Origin: Paramoeba atlantica
Lineage: Eukaryota; Protista; Discosea
NCBI GenBank assembly: GCA_977017575.1
Contig: CDRNVI010000030.1
Span: 1,155,808 to 1,219,807, forward strand
Length of the DNA stretch: 64,000 nucleotides
Direction of reading: 5' to 3'
The translations under genes and the position numbers were made by a program. Of this stretch, positions 10,181 through 21,955 are shown in pieces (the stretch's first letter is position 1; each line of letters begins with the position of its first letter). A model generated the notes under the pieces. That model did not search any database. It was not told the DNA's origin and was given only the letters and a program-made list of their open reading frames with translations.

Positions 10181-11294
10181 TTCTTATTATGGCACAAGCG
10201 TGATTCCCCGCAATGGAGCGATGCAGGGACACTGTCCGCATAAGGGATGCAACTAACAGCGTCATATGCGCAAGTTAGTTACATCCTAAAAATACTCTAT
10301 CTTAAATGGTATGATATCATCATGCTATTTAAATTTCTTACTTAAAATGTATTTCCATGACGCGACACTTTCCCCGACGAACTCATGCCAATGCCCCGCA
10401 GGACTTCACAAGAGAACCACGCGGCGTTCCTACGCGAAACACTACCACATGTGACCATGTAAGCCTCTACTCCGAGCAGAAGATCTCGTCTCTAATGCCC
10501 GCATCACCACTCCACGACATCAAAGGTGCCACAATTTCCGGAAATGACGGCAACACTGTCCGTCACAGACGCCCCCTGCAAACACAAATGTTTGAACCAG
10601 AACACGTGCCTTCATAAGTGTTGCAAAAGATATATGATTAACACGTATGACATAAAAACGAAAAGCTTCCTCGATTGTATGCAAGCAACAGTAGTAGTCT
10701 CGGGCGATTTGATCGGCCTTGTAGGAAAGGATAGGATCTCAGTCGGGGGAACGTGGGGGAGCTGGATTTTCATTGTTCCATCAAAAGATGCCAGACATGC
10801 GTTCGCCCGAACGGAATTCCGTCTCCTGCGCCAGTGGTGAATCTAGAGGGGTTATGCGGGCTTCATGTTGTGCATAATCTGTGTTTGTTTCCGTTCCCTA
10901 GCGGCATAGAGAACAGACTCACGAGGAAAAACTTTTACAAGACTTATTATCCGCGTGGTTCATAGATTCTGCCTCCTAGCCTGCACCGTCTTCCTTGCTT
11001 CCACAGCAAGGTAGCGACATAAAAGTGGTGGAAAGTAGTGGGGAAGATGAGCATTACGAAACAGTCAACCAACTCGTCAAAGACAGTGATATAGCAGGTG
11101 AAACAACACATGGATGGGAAGAACATACATGTATACTGTGACCCCCTTTAATGTCGACGCAAATTCGTTTCCCGTCTCTACTCCCAGGTCTCCTTTGATC
11201 GTAACACGTGAGAGACAATGCTTCCTATGAGAGATTCCGGTAGGAGACAAAATTCTGATAAGGCCAAGAAGCAGCACCATTTTATTACGCCGTC

Positions 11295-11825
11295 CTATCG
11301 TTCGTCATGTTGCTTGGCTAATGAAACCGTAAAGGGGGTTATTTTTTCCTTTCTGTGCGTCAAGAAAATTGGAGGAGTTGAAAAATATCCCGCCGTCTCA
11401 TGATTCTTGTACTGCAATTTTGCTTCTGCGAAGCTTAGCGGTTTTCCTTCAGTCCCGTTCTTTTCAGAAACGTTTTGTTCATTATTGCTTACAGTGAAAA
11501 TGGCATTCTCTTCTTCGGGTAAATTGTAGGCATCACCAGCGTCGGAAAAATCGTCGCCGCTTAACCGGGCGAGAAAACGGTCCTTTGCGCTCTTTCGAGT
11601 GTCTTCTACGCTCTGCCACTTTAACCTATTAATCCACGAGGACGCGGCTTGAGGTGACATTGTGGCTTGAGAATCGGTTGTTGACGCACGATCTTTTGAT
11701 GATTCAGCAACTCTCGAAGCTTCCCCTTCCGTCGGGTTTTCCGCTTGTTCCTTTATGGATCTTTCTTCATACCGCGTTCTGAACTTTTCTAGCATTGCTA
11801 GAGTCCGTGCTCTGTGCTCTTGCAT
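11295..11825 (-). CDS. Hypothetical protein
   Basis: 176-aa ATG-started ORF on the cluster strand with charged, protein-like composition. Confidence 0.6.
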   Translation of the reverse strand: MQEHRARTLAMLEKFRTRYEERSIKEQAENPTEGEASRVAESSKDRASTTDSQATMSPQAASSWINRLKWQSVEDTRKSAKDRFLARLSGDDFSDAGDAYNLPEEENAIFTVSNNEQNVSEKNGTEGKPLSFAEAKLQYKNHETAGYFSTPPIFLTHRKEKITPFTVSLAKQHDER

Positions 11826-12098
11826 TAGACATACGTAATAGTAAGTATGGTGATCCGGCAGAATCTACAACTAACTGCAACTTCAACACTTTATAACTGC
11901 AACTCAATTTTCAATTGCTACAAAATATGAAAACCTAATCTATGAAAGAATCTTTTGGGATTGGAACAAAGTGTAACTATTCTGCTTTTGATGAACGAAA
12001 ACCATGTTCTCCAAGTAAACTCGTAAACAAGGAGAAATAGAAGTGAAGCAGCACACGAAAGGGTGCTTTGATGCTCGCACAAATTAGAAACGCAGCAA

Positions 12099-14423
12099 TT
12101 ATGCCGCATTGTTAGTCAAAATCTCCTCCAACTTTTGCAAAAATGTCTCAGTGTATGTATTTGATGCACGTATTTTTGTTGTCCATGGGTATTTCTGCAC
12201 AATATTCTGCACCCAATTTTGATGTTCTTCAGAACAATGCGAAAGTTTTGTTCCTGCTGTAGTGTAGAGCATGGACTTGCACACGAGACTTTGATGTATT
12301 TCCACCAGTTGAGCTACTATTTCTGAGCTAGTTTCCTCAACGAACAAAGTTGACTTCGACCGCCAAAGATCTAGATAGTGCAGCGTGGCCATTAAAGTGC
12401 TGTCAAGTTCAGTTTTTGAACTTTCCCATGCAAAACCCCTTTTCAACTTGAAGTATTCCCCTATCGGTCGACGAGACAGGGATTGTGATATGCCCGTTGT
12501 GTCTGAGTTTCGATAAAAGAGTTTAAGTTCTGCATCTTTCGCCACTGTGGCCAGTGATTCAGCGTAGGAATACCACATCATCGTTTCATACTCTGTCGCT
12601 TCTGATTCACATGATACCAAATCCTCATTCGCGTTCTTTTCGCGTAACAAGAAGAAGGGTCTACCAAGTGCTCCATTTAAAATGAACCTTGCATCATTCA
12701 ATTCTTCCTGTAACTGTCCTATTCGAACAATAGCCTCTCGCAGTCTGCTCAGCATTACTCGTAACGTTGCCTCACAGTTTCTAAGATTGCACCCAAGAAA
12801 GACCCAAAAATAAGAACGTGTAAATAATTGTAGTTCTGTAACCTGGGATTCATTGGCGATGTGGTATTCTACAGTCTTGGTTATTTTCTCGGCCAAGACT
12901 GGAGCGTGCAACATCTCTTCACGATCCCATGAAGAATTTTGATAGCGGGTGTGCGTTAAACAATCGAACACGCTAAACATGTGCGCAAGCAGTGGTTCCA
13001 GCCGATCGCTCGGCATTGAATTGTTCCCCGCTGTGTGCGCCTCAATGAAATATTCTACAAGATGCTCATCACGAGCTGTATCACTCTGTATGTCACATAA
13101 TAAGTATAAAGGGGCTTCGAAAAGTCGTTCTGCGTCGCCTTCCCGGGCTTTATTTGCTTCCTTACAGTAGGCGGCTGATGCAACCTGCATAAGTGTCGAA
13201 TAGCCCTTATGTTGTGAAATGTCAAAAGGAAAACTATGCCCCATAAAGCTCATGTGCAAAACAGAAAACAAATGGGCCAAAAAAATTGTATCAAAAGCAG
13301 TCTGGTGAGTTATACCTACCGTGAGAGCTTCATGAATCCATTCTTTCTCGTTACATAACATGCCGCCCAAAAGCTTCACCATAAGCTGATCCCTTGGATT
13401 CTCATCCTTAGCATTTTCTATGCAACTGTGGACATCCCTAACGAGCCCTTCCTCCGCTTTCTCGAGCCATGATTCGATCCCACTATCGGACCACGATCCG
13501 ACCTTGTGAGCGGCGGACTTTTCACAATGGAGTTTACTGGAAACCTGTGTCTGTATATGAATAAGATGACATCGTAAAATTGCCCACAAACGGTCATACC
13601 AGAAATGAAACACCCCTTCCGTTGCGGCTATCTCCCCGCTGAGTAAACCACTTACACAACGATTTAAACGCTGTGTTGCCGCGGAGGTTTCCTCTGATCC
13701 TCTCATGTTCTGTGCGCCACGGGATTTTAACTCCTTCATGGTCCCCAGCGTTCGTACACGCTGAGCGTCATCCATCACTGTGCTGTTAAGCTCTTGGGTG
13801 GGATCCGTGGCGTATTCCCCGAACAGAGGAATCAGGGAGGCATTGGGGAACCATTTCGACAAGCCTGGGACGCGGCTGGGCTGTGCACACGTGAACACTG
13901 CCCCTCGCCATGCCGCTCCCTCCTCGGTACATTGTCTCGCGGCCCCTTGGAGATTTCCTTTTCGAATGTGCGAAATGACCGCATAGAGCAGCTGCTCTTC
14001 CTTTTCGTACCCTAGCCAGTTATTGTTCTTTAGGAATTGGGCCATAGAGGCCTTTTCTTTTTCCCGCAGTGATTTTGTGAACGCGGAGTCTTCGTGAGCT
14101 TCGTACCGAAAGAAGAGTTCCAGCCACCGACAGGCTAAAATCGCCCGTCGAAGGAAGGGACGTGTTTGGGCGAGATGTTGAAGCAAGACGATGTGCGGTA
14201 TAGTACGGGAACTGGCACTTGATGAGGATAGAGTAGGACTCCCCTTGTACATCTCTTCCTTTGTATTTTCCGCGTCATTTACAAAGAGGTACACCATATT
14301 CCAAATTATTTGAGCGAATTTATCCTGCTTCACATTAAGTAGGCGCTGCAGTGGCTTGGTGAGAGATGTCGTGACGAGTTTTGGTTCAAATCCATGCAAG
14401 GCGTGTGCGTATTCCAGGTTCAT
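12099..14423 (-). CDS. NUP107: Nucleoporin Nup107/Nup84-like
   Basis: 774 aa helical; RWLE, EEQLLYAVISHIRKGNLQGAARQC..GAAWRGA and WYDRLWAILR match conserved Nup107/Nup84 blocks. Confidence 0.8.
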   Translation of the reverse strand: MNLEYAHALHGFEPKLVTTSLTKPLQRLLNVKQDKFAQIIWNMVYLFVNDAENTKEEMYKGSPTLSSSSASSRTIPHIVLLQHLAQTRPFLRRAILACRWLELFFRYEAHEDSAFTKSLREKEKASMAQFLKNNNWLGYEKEEQLLYAVISHIRKGNLQGAARQCTEEGAAWRGAVFTCAQPSRVPGLSKWFPNASLIPLFGEYATDPTQELNSTVMDDAQRVRTLGTMKELKSRGAQNMRGSEETSAATQRLNRCVSGLLSGEIAATEGVFHFWYDRLWAILRCHLIHIQTQVSSKLHCEKSAAHKVGSWSDSGIESWLEKAEEGLVRDVHSCIENAKDENPRDQLMVKLLGGMLCNEKEWIHEALTVGITHQTAFDTIFLAHLFSVLHMSFMGHSFPFDISQHKGYSTLMQVASAAYCKEANKAREGDAERLFEAPLYLLCDIQSDTARDEHLVEYFIEAHTAGNNSMPSDRLEPLLAHMFSVFDCLTHTRYQNSSWDREEMLHAPVLAEKITKTVEYHIANESQVTELQLFTRSYFWVFLGCNLRNCEATLRVMLSRLREAIVRIGQLQEELNDARFILNGALGRPFFLLREKNANEDLVSCESEATEYETMMWYSYAESLATVAKDAELKLFYRNSDTTGISQSLSRRPIGEYFKLKRGFAWESSKTELDSTLMATLHYLDLWRSKSTLFVEETSSEIVAQLVEIHQSLVCKSMLYTTAGTKLSHCSEEHQNWVQNIVQKYPWTTKIRASNTYTETFLQKLEEILTNNAA

Positions 14424-14594
14424 TTGGATATTGAAAATGCTATATGATATAATAAGTCAAATTTATCAGAGTTAGTCTGTTAAAAAATTCATATCCTGAA
14501 TTTACAAGCGATACAAATGAAACATGCTGGTATTCTTTGTCCTTTCGTATTCAAAGTTCGTATGGAGTTGTCATATACATGCTACAAGAATTTT

Positions 14595-16148
14595 TCATGT
14601 GCTAGCTTCCGAGGCGGTTTCAGCTTTCAAGGGGTTTTCTGGTGAAGCAAAGTAAAAGTTGTGAACTGCGTGTATTGCGGCCTCTTGCATTGATTCCTGA
14701 AGATCATATCCCTCACCAATTCCTAAGACATGTTCCCCAAACAGGAGTTCAGTTGCCATTAGTTTTTCACGTTGCGGTTGTTGTTCGGTCGTGTAATCCT
14801 GTGGAGGGTCATCATCCGCCGTGACGTACGCGGGACGAAACGATATTGGTTGTCCCTCTATCGACGCGGGTGCCAAGCCCGAGTACTTCACGATGAACTG
14901 TATTTCCTTCAACGCGTTCGGCGGATCAACAATCTCAACCAGCACATCCGGAACATCCGGGAATCGCGCCTTACGCTTTACCATTTTTGAGCTCGTAAAC
15001 AGCCGGGTGGAGGGCATACCCCCTGCGGAGCGCTCCGCTCTCCGTGCCACCTCGCGCTTCCTCTCCAACGGGTGTCTCCCGTCCTTTCCCCCTTTCCTCG
15101 CGACGGGAAACATCAACTTTCTCACCAACGCCCGCGCAAACACCTCTCCACGGATCAGGTACACATACCCCACCCACGCCCACACATGGTTACACAACCA
15201 CCTCACCCTTGGCAACAAATCCGGCAACTGCGCGGGGGACCGCCTCCGCAACTGCCGCGTGGCCGCGCCCAGCGCCCTTCGATAATGAAAAATCCTCTCC
15301 CCCACATTCCCCGACAGCACCTTATCCTGGGCCCTCCCCAGGGCCTGCCGCAGCCTTGCGCGTCGCAGCTGCAGCACCTGGAGCTCGCGCCACAGCCCCA
15401 CCTCGGTGGCCAGGCCCAGCACGCGGGCCATCCCGAGGCGCCCCGCGCAGCCCACCACGGGGGTGAGCCCACACACGGCCGCGGTGAGGGCCTCGAGGTG
15501 CGGCGCGCGCAGCCGTGGGAACTGCCCCAGGAAGGTCTCGTGGAGGAACTCCTGGACGCGGCTGGAGCCGAGGAGGGTGAGGGGGCCGAGCGGGGGGTCA
15601 CGGAGGGTACGGCAGGTGAGGGCCTGGTACGTGCGGTAGGTGAGGGGGGTGTAGTGGGCGGGAGGGGTCGGGGAGGGGGGGTTGCGTAAGGGGTCAGAGG
15701 AGGAGGAGGGAGTAGTAGGAGTAGGTGTATCGGGGCGATGGCTACTCTTCGTACCGTTGCTGGTAGGATGTAGAGGCGTGGTTGTTAGGGTTGTGGTGCG
15801 AAGTAGGGGGTACCGGGCCTCACAGACGCGTAGGCAGTAGGCGTAGAGTGCGGACTGGGGGTGACGACTAGGGGTGCCTTTACGGGGGACGGGGTGCTGG
15901 GTGGCGTGTCGGGTGTCGTGGTAGCGTTGGTTGGAGGCGTCGACCCAGGGGACTCCGGTTTGGGTGGAGGGGGGACGGAGGAGGTCACGGTGAAGGGGGA
16001 GTAGGGTGCGTTTGTGTCGGACGTGGGGGTGGTAGGGGTGGCGGATACCGTGGGCTCGCTCGGCGCGGGTGCTGTACGGGCGTGGTCGGGATGAAGAGGA
16101 GTAGGGGAGGAGGGGTAGCAGAGGTGAGATCCGCCGTGTAGCGGACAT
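14595..16148 (-). CDS. Degenerate RNase III + dsRBD protein, mitoribosomal mL44-like
   Basis: ATG at 16148 (MSATRRISPLL); LLGSSRVQEFLHETFLGQFPRLRAPHLEALTAAV resembles the mL44 RNase III-like domain; C-terminal FGEHVLGIGEGYDLQESMQEAAIHAV is a dsRBD-type ending. Confidence 0.6.
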   Translation of the reverse strand: MSATRRISPLLPLLPYSSSSRPRPYSTRAERAHGIRHPYHPHVRHKRTLLPLHRDLLRPPSTQTGVPWVDASNQRYHDTRHATQHPVPRKGTPSRHPQSALYAYCLRVCEARYPLLRTTTLTTTPLHPTSNGTKSSHRPDTPTPTTPSSSSDPLRNPPSPTPPAHYTPLTYRTYQALTCRTLRDPPLGPLTLLGSSRVQEFLHETFLGQFPRLRAPHLEALTAAVCGLTPVVGCAGRLGMARVLGLATEVGLWRELQVLQLRRARLRQALGRAQDKVLSGNVGERIFHYRRALGAATRQLRRRSPAQLPDLLPRVRWLCNHVWAWVGYVYLIRGEVFARALVRKLMFPVARKGGKDGRHPLERKREVARRAERSAGGMPSTRLFTSSKMVKRKARFPDVPDVLVEIVDPPNALKEIQFIVKYSGLAPASIEGQPISFRPAYVTADDDPPQDYTTEQQPQREKLMATELLFGEHVLGIGEGYDLQESMQEAAIHAVHNFYFASPENPLKAETASEAST

Positions 16149-16559
16149 GCAGGAGAAAGGGAAGTGAGTGCTGGGAAGGTGGACGAGAAAGGTCAAGGAG
16201 CTCAAGTATTAGTTAGGTGTTCGAAGGGAACAGCTCATAAGATGAAAAATGATAATGAGCGAAAGTATGCTGAATAGCATCAAAGATACATATAAACACC
16301 TCGACAAGAATAAGGCACCCCCCCTTGATTTTCGCAAGCGGGGACCCATGGGGGTTGTAGCACCACTTTTTGGTTCCAAATTTTGAGATCTGTGTTCCCG
16401 GGGTTTTTAGCCTGTTTTAAGACTTTGAAAAAAAACGTTTGAGAAAATAATTTTTGAGAACTGGTTTTGTAAAATTATGGTAAAATCCAAGTACCGTACA
16501 CCATGGGGAGGGATGACACCCTGGGGAAAATATTATTGTGCACAAGTATAGTATGGTCA

Positions 16560-17158
16560 TAGTATTACTATGACAAAAGGTAAAAGAAATAAGTTGCTCC
16601 GCGTATGTTGGAGAAGGAATGGAAACGCAAAGTGTCGAAAGCGATTAAGCAGTTTGGCTCCTTATTTTTCGGCTAAGCAAAAGATGTCAAAGATGAAATT
16701 CATGTTCTGGATTAAGCTATGTCAGAGGGTCGAAATGTCTAGTATAGCTTCCCAGTGTATGGTCAGCCGGGTGACTGCTTTTAATGGAAACGTCAACTTC
16801 TAAGATGGGTGTCGAAGGCCGTTGAAGAACGCAACAAGACTATACGGTTTTCGAACTCCTTCGGTTGATACTTGTTTGATCGATTTATACTTCTAAAATA
16901 TAATATAAATAGAAAGAACTGTGCCGTGGACGAAACCTTTCTGGCAGCAAGCAACGCTTCCGGGCGCTTTTGCTGTCCCTTAAATCTGTTAAGAAAGAAA
17001 TTATTTTGACAGAAGGTGAGGAATCTTGTTCTGATTCATCTGAAGGAGAAGAAGCAGAAGATAACGAAGGTGAAGGAGATGACACGTGGAACAGAATAAA
17101 CGATTCATGTCGTAAAGCGGAAGCGAGTGTTCAAGATGAAAGCAATGTATTCTTTTAA
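16560..17158 (+). pseudogene. Merlin (IS1016/ISXO2-like) transposase remnant with internal deletion
   Basis: CRKRLSSLAPYFSAKQK..FWIKLCQRVEM and CAVDET match 49124-49744; the acidic tail RALLLSLKSVK..LTEGEES matches 49688-49845. Confidence 0.6.
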
Positions 17159-18439
17159 AAAGTGGTTCAAAAATATTATGTTTGAAAGTGGGTAAAATAT
17201 AAGTTGTCTGCACCCGGAAATGTATATCGAGCGCACTACATACTACAGTACACAACATGCGACGGTAGTTACGCCTCAAGATCATATTATATTGGATTGA
17301 AACGTTTATGAAACTCTAGGAATAGTGATTCGGCGGTGTGAGTGTTAATTGGAATTCCCAAAAGCGAAGAATGCTTTAGCAGGGAATTGTACTCTAGTAC
17401 TAAACGGTTCACACCTAAAAAAGATATTTAAAAAAGGGTTTTATAGAATCTTTGTGCGTGTAATTGTATTTGAAATTTTATGCCTTCACAAACTCCTCCA
17501 CCGGATTTTTATCACTTGGGAACACGGAGGCGAGGTTAGCGAGGGACGTGGTTAAAATCGGTCGGCAAATACTGACGCCTCGCGAATGTACTCGCATTTA
17601 TGCTTCTCTCCACTATGAGTATCACTATGTACTCACAGAAGTCCGGGGCCACATTATCGCCGTACATGACAGTCAGCGCTTACACGCGCCTGCTGCTGCT
17701 GCAAAGGCGAATGTAGATCGTTTAAAAAAATGTCTCATGAAGGTTCTGCTGGTAGATCGTCCCAATACGTACTCACTAGTATACACTAGTATACTCACTA
17801 GTATTTTGCTTGTCTACAACAGGAATCCGGGATCAAAGATTGTGCCCTACATGTCATCAACAATCTAAATAATGCTGTGCGTGATACGAAAAGTATTGTG
17901 ATCACTCGCAATTTGTCCCTAACATTGACTAAAATGCTTGATGGAAATAAGTTTGGATCGCAGCAGATGACCCAATCCCAGCGGATACAACAATAAACCT
18001 TGGAGTCATTCAAATTAGAGCACCAGAAATTGGAGGTGAGCCAATTACTTGGAAGAAATGGATGCGTAACATTCTGAGAACCCACTTAGATGCGTACTTT
18101 ACATTACAAAATCATCCCACCTTCAACTCACCCATTAGTCGTTCGCACATTATTGCTTCAGCTATATTAACGCGTACCTTTATGGCCATGCACTCCAGGA
18201 CTAGATGGATAGCACGAAACACACAACGTCAAATTGCTACTGATCTTTCTAAAGAATGGTTTCCTCGAAAACAATAGTTTTGTTAAAAACTTGAACAAAA
18301 TATTTTAAAAGGATATTGCTCATGCAGTATGTTTTTATGCTAGTATGTTTTTATGCCCCCCCTTTATACTTCCAATGGTACTGAAACCGGCAGAAGTATA
18401 AAGGGGGGGTGACAGTATACTATACATATATGATATATA

Positions 18440-19180
18440 CAGGGGTGTAAATTTGGATGTGGGGGGGTATAAAGTTTGTAAAACTTGGCCAATTTTGGAA
18501 AATTATAGCGCATTCGAGAGCTCTCGAACTGGGCTCATGAACGTGCATGTACGGCATCTGCGTTAATTAGAATTTCGAGTGCACGTAAAAAAAATTAGTT
18601 TTTTTGGGAGGTAAAATTTTGCATTTTTCACAGTTTTTCTGATTTCTCCCCTGATTAATGCTACAAAGATGGGGTTGTGGGCCATCACCCGAACACAAAG
18701 ACTACGAAAGGGTTTATTCTTCGCCTGGACACGTAAAAGCAAGCTGGTGCATGGTTCTTGTTGCGGATTACGAAACAACACAATCTTTTTCGCGCTAAAA
18801 AATCATGTTCCATAGTGGGCGACTCCAAAAATGGTTGAGCCCCTCGGAATAGTGCAGATTTGATTATTGCGATCGAAGCAGCGTTTCAAGGCCCATGAAA
18901 ATGCCATGAAGAGCTTTCGAAAGCGATGCTGTATTGTGATTGGGATTAATCGACGATAATAGCAATTATAATTTTTTTTTTCGATATTTGCTATTGTTTT
19001 AGAAAGTTGCAAATAGCTTTTGGGGGCGCTTTGTCTAGGGGGCAATACCCCCTTGTGCATAGTTCGGCCTTGTTACGTTCATGAGCCCTGTTCGGGAGCT
19101 CTCGAATGCGCTATTATTTTCCAAAATTGGCTAAGTTTTACAAATTTTAGACCCCCCCCACATCCAAATTTACACCCCTG
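18440..19180. mobile_element. 741-bp MITE, Tc1/mariner-type ends
   Basis: About 105-bp TIRs starting CAGGGGTGTAAATTTGGATGTGGGGGGG, TA on both sides; inverted second copy at 36356-37097. Confidence 0.9.
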
Positions 19181-19271
19181 TACTATACATATATGATATA
19201 TACTATACATATATATACTGTATATTAGTCTAGTAATAAACATATTACATGGAGAAGCAGTCGATAAATAT

Positions 19272-19592
19272 TTGGGTTCAGTGGGTTCAATGAACCACGA
19301 AATAGGGTTCACTGAACAACTAGGTATGGAAATACGGAGCGTTCGAACCCTTGCTACCGGCCCACGGAAAACTGACACCAAAGGAAGTACTTCAAATGTT
19401 ATAAGGATTGGCATGCGCCATTTCGCAAGCGTATTCAGAGAGAAACGAGTCCATCGACGTACAGTAGACAGGTTTACCCAAACATTTGAACACCTAATGG
19501 CCTCTGTACACGATTTAAGTTTTGAAAAAATCCAAAGGCACTGTGGTGTACCTTCAAAAGGACGAGACCTTTGTCTCAAAGATCAAGATTAG
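19272..19592 (+). pseudogene. Possible Merlin-like transposase C-terminal fragment
   Basis: MNHEIGF..STSNVI loosely resembles the VNHS..F..TN.IE block of IS1016/Merlin. Confidence 0.3.
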
Positions 19593-19966
19593 CAGACACA
19601 ATAAGAGTAAGAGGGTCCGCAAAGGGGGTTCTACTGTGTATCACGTTCTTGTGAATTGTCATCGCATAGTAGACACTGAAGGAAGTATTCATCAGCCAAT
19701 GCTCGATATCTTCGTTCGTGGCCTGCCCCAAAGAGATGGTCAAACGATGTTACAAGACGTGGAGCACTTGGCCAAGAACAAGCGAACCATCGTAAGTAAC
19801 GACGCACATCGTGCTAGCTTTGTGGTTGGTCGAAAATTTCAGAAAGATGGGGCGGGTGCACACTACGGCCAAAAATACGAAAACCTATCTTTTCGCTTCA
19901 AAAATTGAATACATATATTGGCCAATATATTTGGCATTGAATACATATATATAATTGAATACTAAT

Positions 19967-20290
19967 TGGCCGGCTAATTCTCCCGGCCTTAATCCTATTG
20001 AAAACGTGTGGGAAATGATTCAACAGTGTAAATGAAATGAATCCGTCTTGTACTATTTTTCTAGTTAAGTGCGTAAAGAAAGCTTTTGAGAATATTGGTG
20101 AATCTGAGCTTGACCGTACTGTTTTAAGTTTCGACAAAAGGCTGGAATCTTGCAAAAAAATGGTGGCGAAAAAGTGAAAAAATAGTAATACTAAATTCAA
20201 CTTTTTTTGCATTTTATTTTCTCTATGATATGCGAAAACAAGCGTCACCGAGATCTGCAAAATGCAACAAAAAATAGCCCAAACGAAGAC
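19967..20290 (+). pseudogene. Tc1/mariner DDE C-terminal remnant
   Basis: Reads WPANSPGLNPIENVWEMIQ then VLSFDKRLESC; the downstream DNA matches 47300-47340. Confidence 0.65.
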
Positions 20291-20809
20291 TCTACGCAAA
20301 GCACTATTCGTTTGCTTTCTTTACTGTTTATCGCGTTTTTTCGATTCTATGATTTTTACTGGTGATATTATTAACCCCAACTGATAACTTTTAATGATAA
20401 TCACGTTTTTAACATTTTAGCCAAATAACTTATCATACCTGTGACCTGCTACCATAACTGTGACCTCGTACCGGGGGGATATGCTAAACCGGACCCGTTT
20501 ACAAAGAAATTTGCATCAAAAAAAATCAGATGAAATGCGCCACCTGCCGCCATCACTGAATCTACGCGGACTAGTTGAGGGTGGCATAGTTTGATGGGAC
20601 GAAAAGTTTTCTTTTATGTCTGCAGTGATAAATGGTGACTAAATGTTGATTTGTTTTCATGGTGACGGTAACCCCTTTCGGTGTCTGAGTGAAAAGCTTG
20701 AATAGAGTACATACTATGCACTCGAGTCAAGGATAGAAGTTTCATCACCTACATGAGATGGTAAAAATTGATGGTGAGAATTGGTAAATTTCTCCTTTTT
20801 TTACCTCTA

Positions 20810-21712
20810 CTATCTTAGAAAAACTGGAAGCATGCATTTCTCGATCACCGCTCTAGACAGGAAATCCGAGGAAGAGGACGGAAAAGACACACTGGCCATA
20901 CCTTTTTGATTCCACTGAACCACGAGACAGTTACCTTCACCGAAGGTGCTCTTATTGCCACAGCCAAACAACATGGCACAGTGACCCATGAGGTACTCAT
21001 GGTACACGTCGGAATCTCCAAACAGCTCCAGAGTAGAGCCAGAGGAGCACTGTAAGGAGATCGTGAGGCTACCATAAACTCCCCCGAGGCCCTTAAACGT
21101 AACCACTTCACTTTCCCTATGCAACGAAACGCCAATGTGTGTACAGGTGTACGACATGAAGCTCTGGACCACCTCTCGCATTAAAGCGATCTCACACTCC
21201 AAGTGTGCCACCACGTGAAAGGAGGAGAAGCTCATGTTAAGGGGCTCCGCTAAGTCGGTTTTTACAAAGAGGACGGTTTCAATTTCCGCCTCTATGGTGC
21301 GTTCGGGGGATACAAGAACGGTAAGGCCGTGGCTCACGGCGCCGTCGTAGTCAAAAGTAACCGTGCGCAAGTTCTCACCCACTCCTTCCTCCCCGAGAGC
21401 TTCATTCGAACACGAACGATTGGTCTTACCGAGCTGGAGGGCAAAAATAAGAGCGTTGAGCTCCACAGAAAGTCGCATGGGTGTGGTCACGGAAAACGAG
21501 GAGAACCAATCCTTCGGGATGTGGAGACTTGCCTCCACGGACAAGTCGTCCGACTCCGTGCGTATTAGCAAAGGGGTTTCCTGGGAAAGCACCAGTGTAA
21601 CCCACTGTTGCTGTCGCTCCCCACTTTGTAAAGAATAGAGCGCGTTACAGAGATGGGGAGGAGAGGCTCGGAGCTGTGCGGAGAACACGGATTGTCCCGT
21701 TGCGGAAGCCAT
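20810..21712 (-). CDS. RAD1: 9-1-1 checkpoint clamp subunit Rad1-like (PCNA fold)
   Basis: 300 aa; VFSAQL..LCNALYSL, VEASLHIPKDWFSSFSV..MRLSVELNALIFALQLG and the alternating beta/alpha pattern fit Rad1/Rec1. Confidence 0.65.
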   Translation of the reverse strand: MASATGQSVFSAQLRASPPHLCNALYSLQSGERQQQWVTLVLSQETPLLIRTESDDLSVEASLHIPKDWFSSFSVTTPMRLSVELNALIFALQLGKTNRSCSNEALGEEGVGENLRTVTFDYDGAVSHGLTVLVSPERTIEAEIETVLFVKTDLAEPLNMSFSSFHVVAHLECEIALMREVVQSFMSYTCTHIGVSLHRESEVVTFKGLGGVYGSLTISLQCSSGSTLELFGDSDVYHEYLMGHCAMLFGCGNKSTFGEGNCLVVQWNQKGMASVSFPSSSSDFLSRAVIEKCMLPVFLR

Positions 21713-21955
21713 TCCTAAAATGAAATCGGTGTAGATGCACGAGAATGTTTCTAGTTTCTATTTCCCTGAAATTCGTTTTCTGTTTTTATAATCATGTCAT
21801 AAAAACTTTCACTACATCGTCCTGGCGCGTACGTATAATCTTGTATATCTTTGGACATACATGTAATTGGGGCTCCAAACCTATGAAAATAAGAAGACTC
21901 CAATGAAACGAACTTACATCATTGAATCGTACTCTGAAAATATAGTCCAAAAGTA

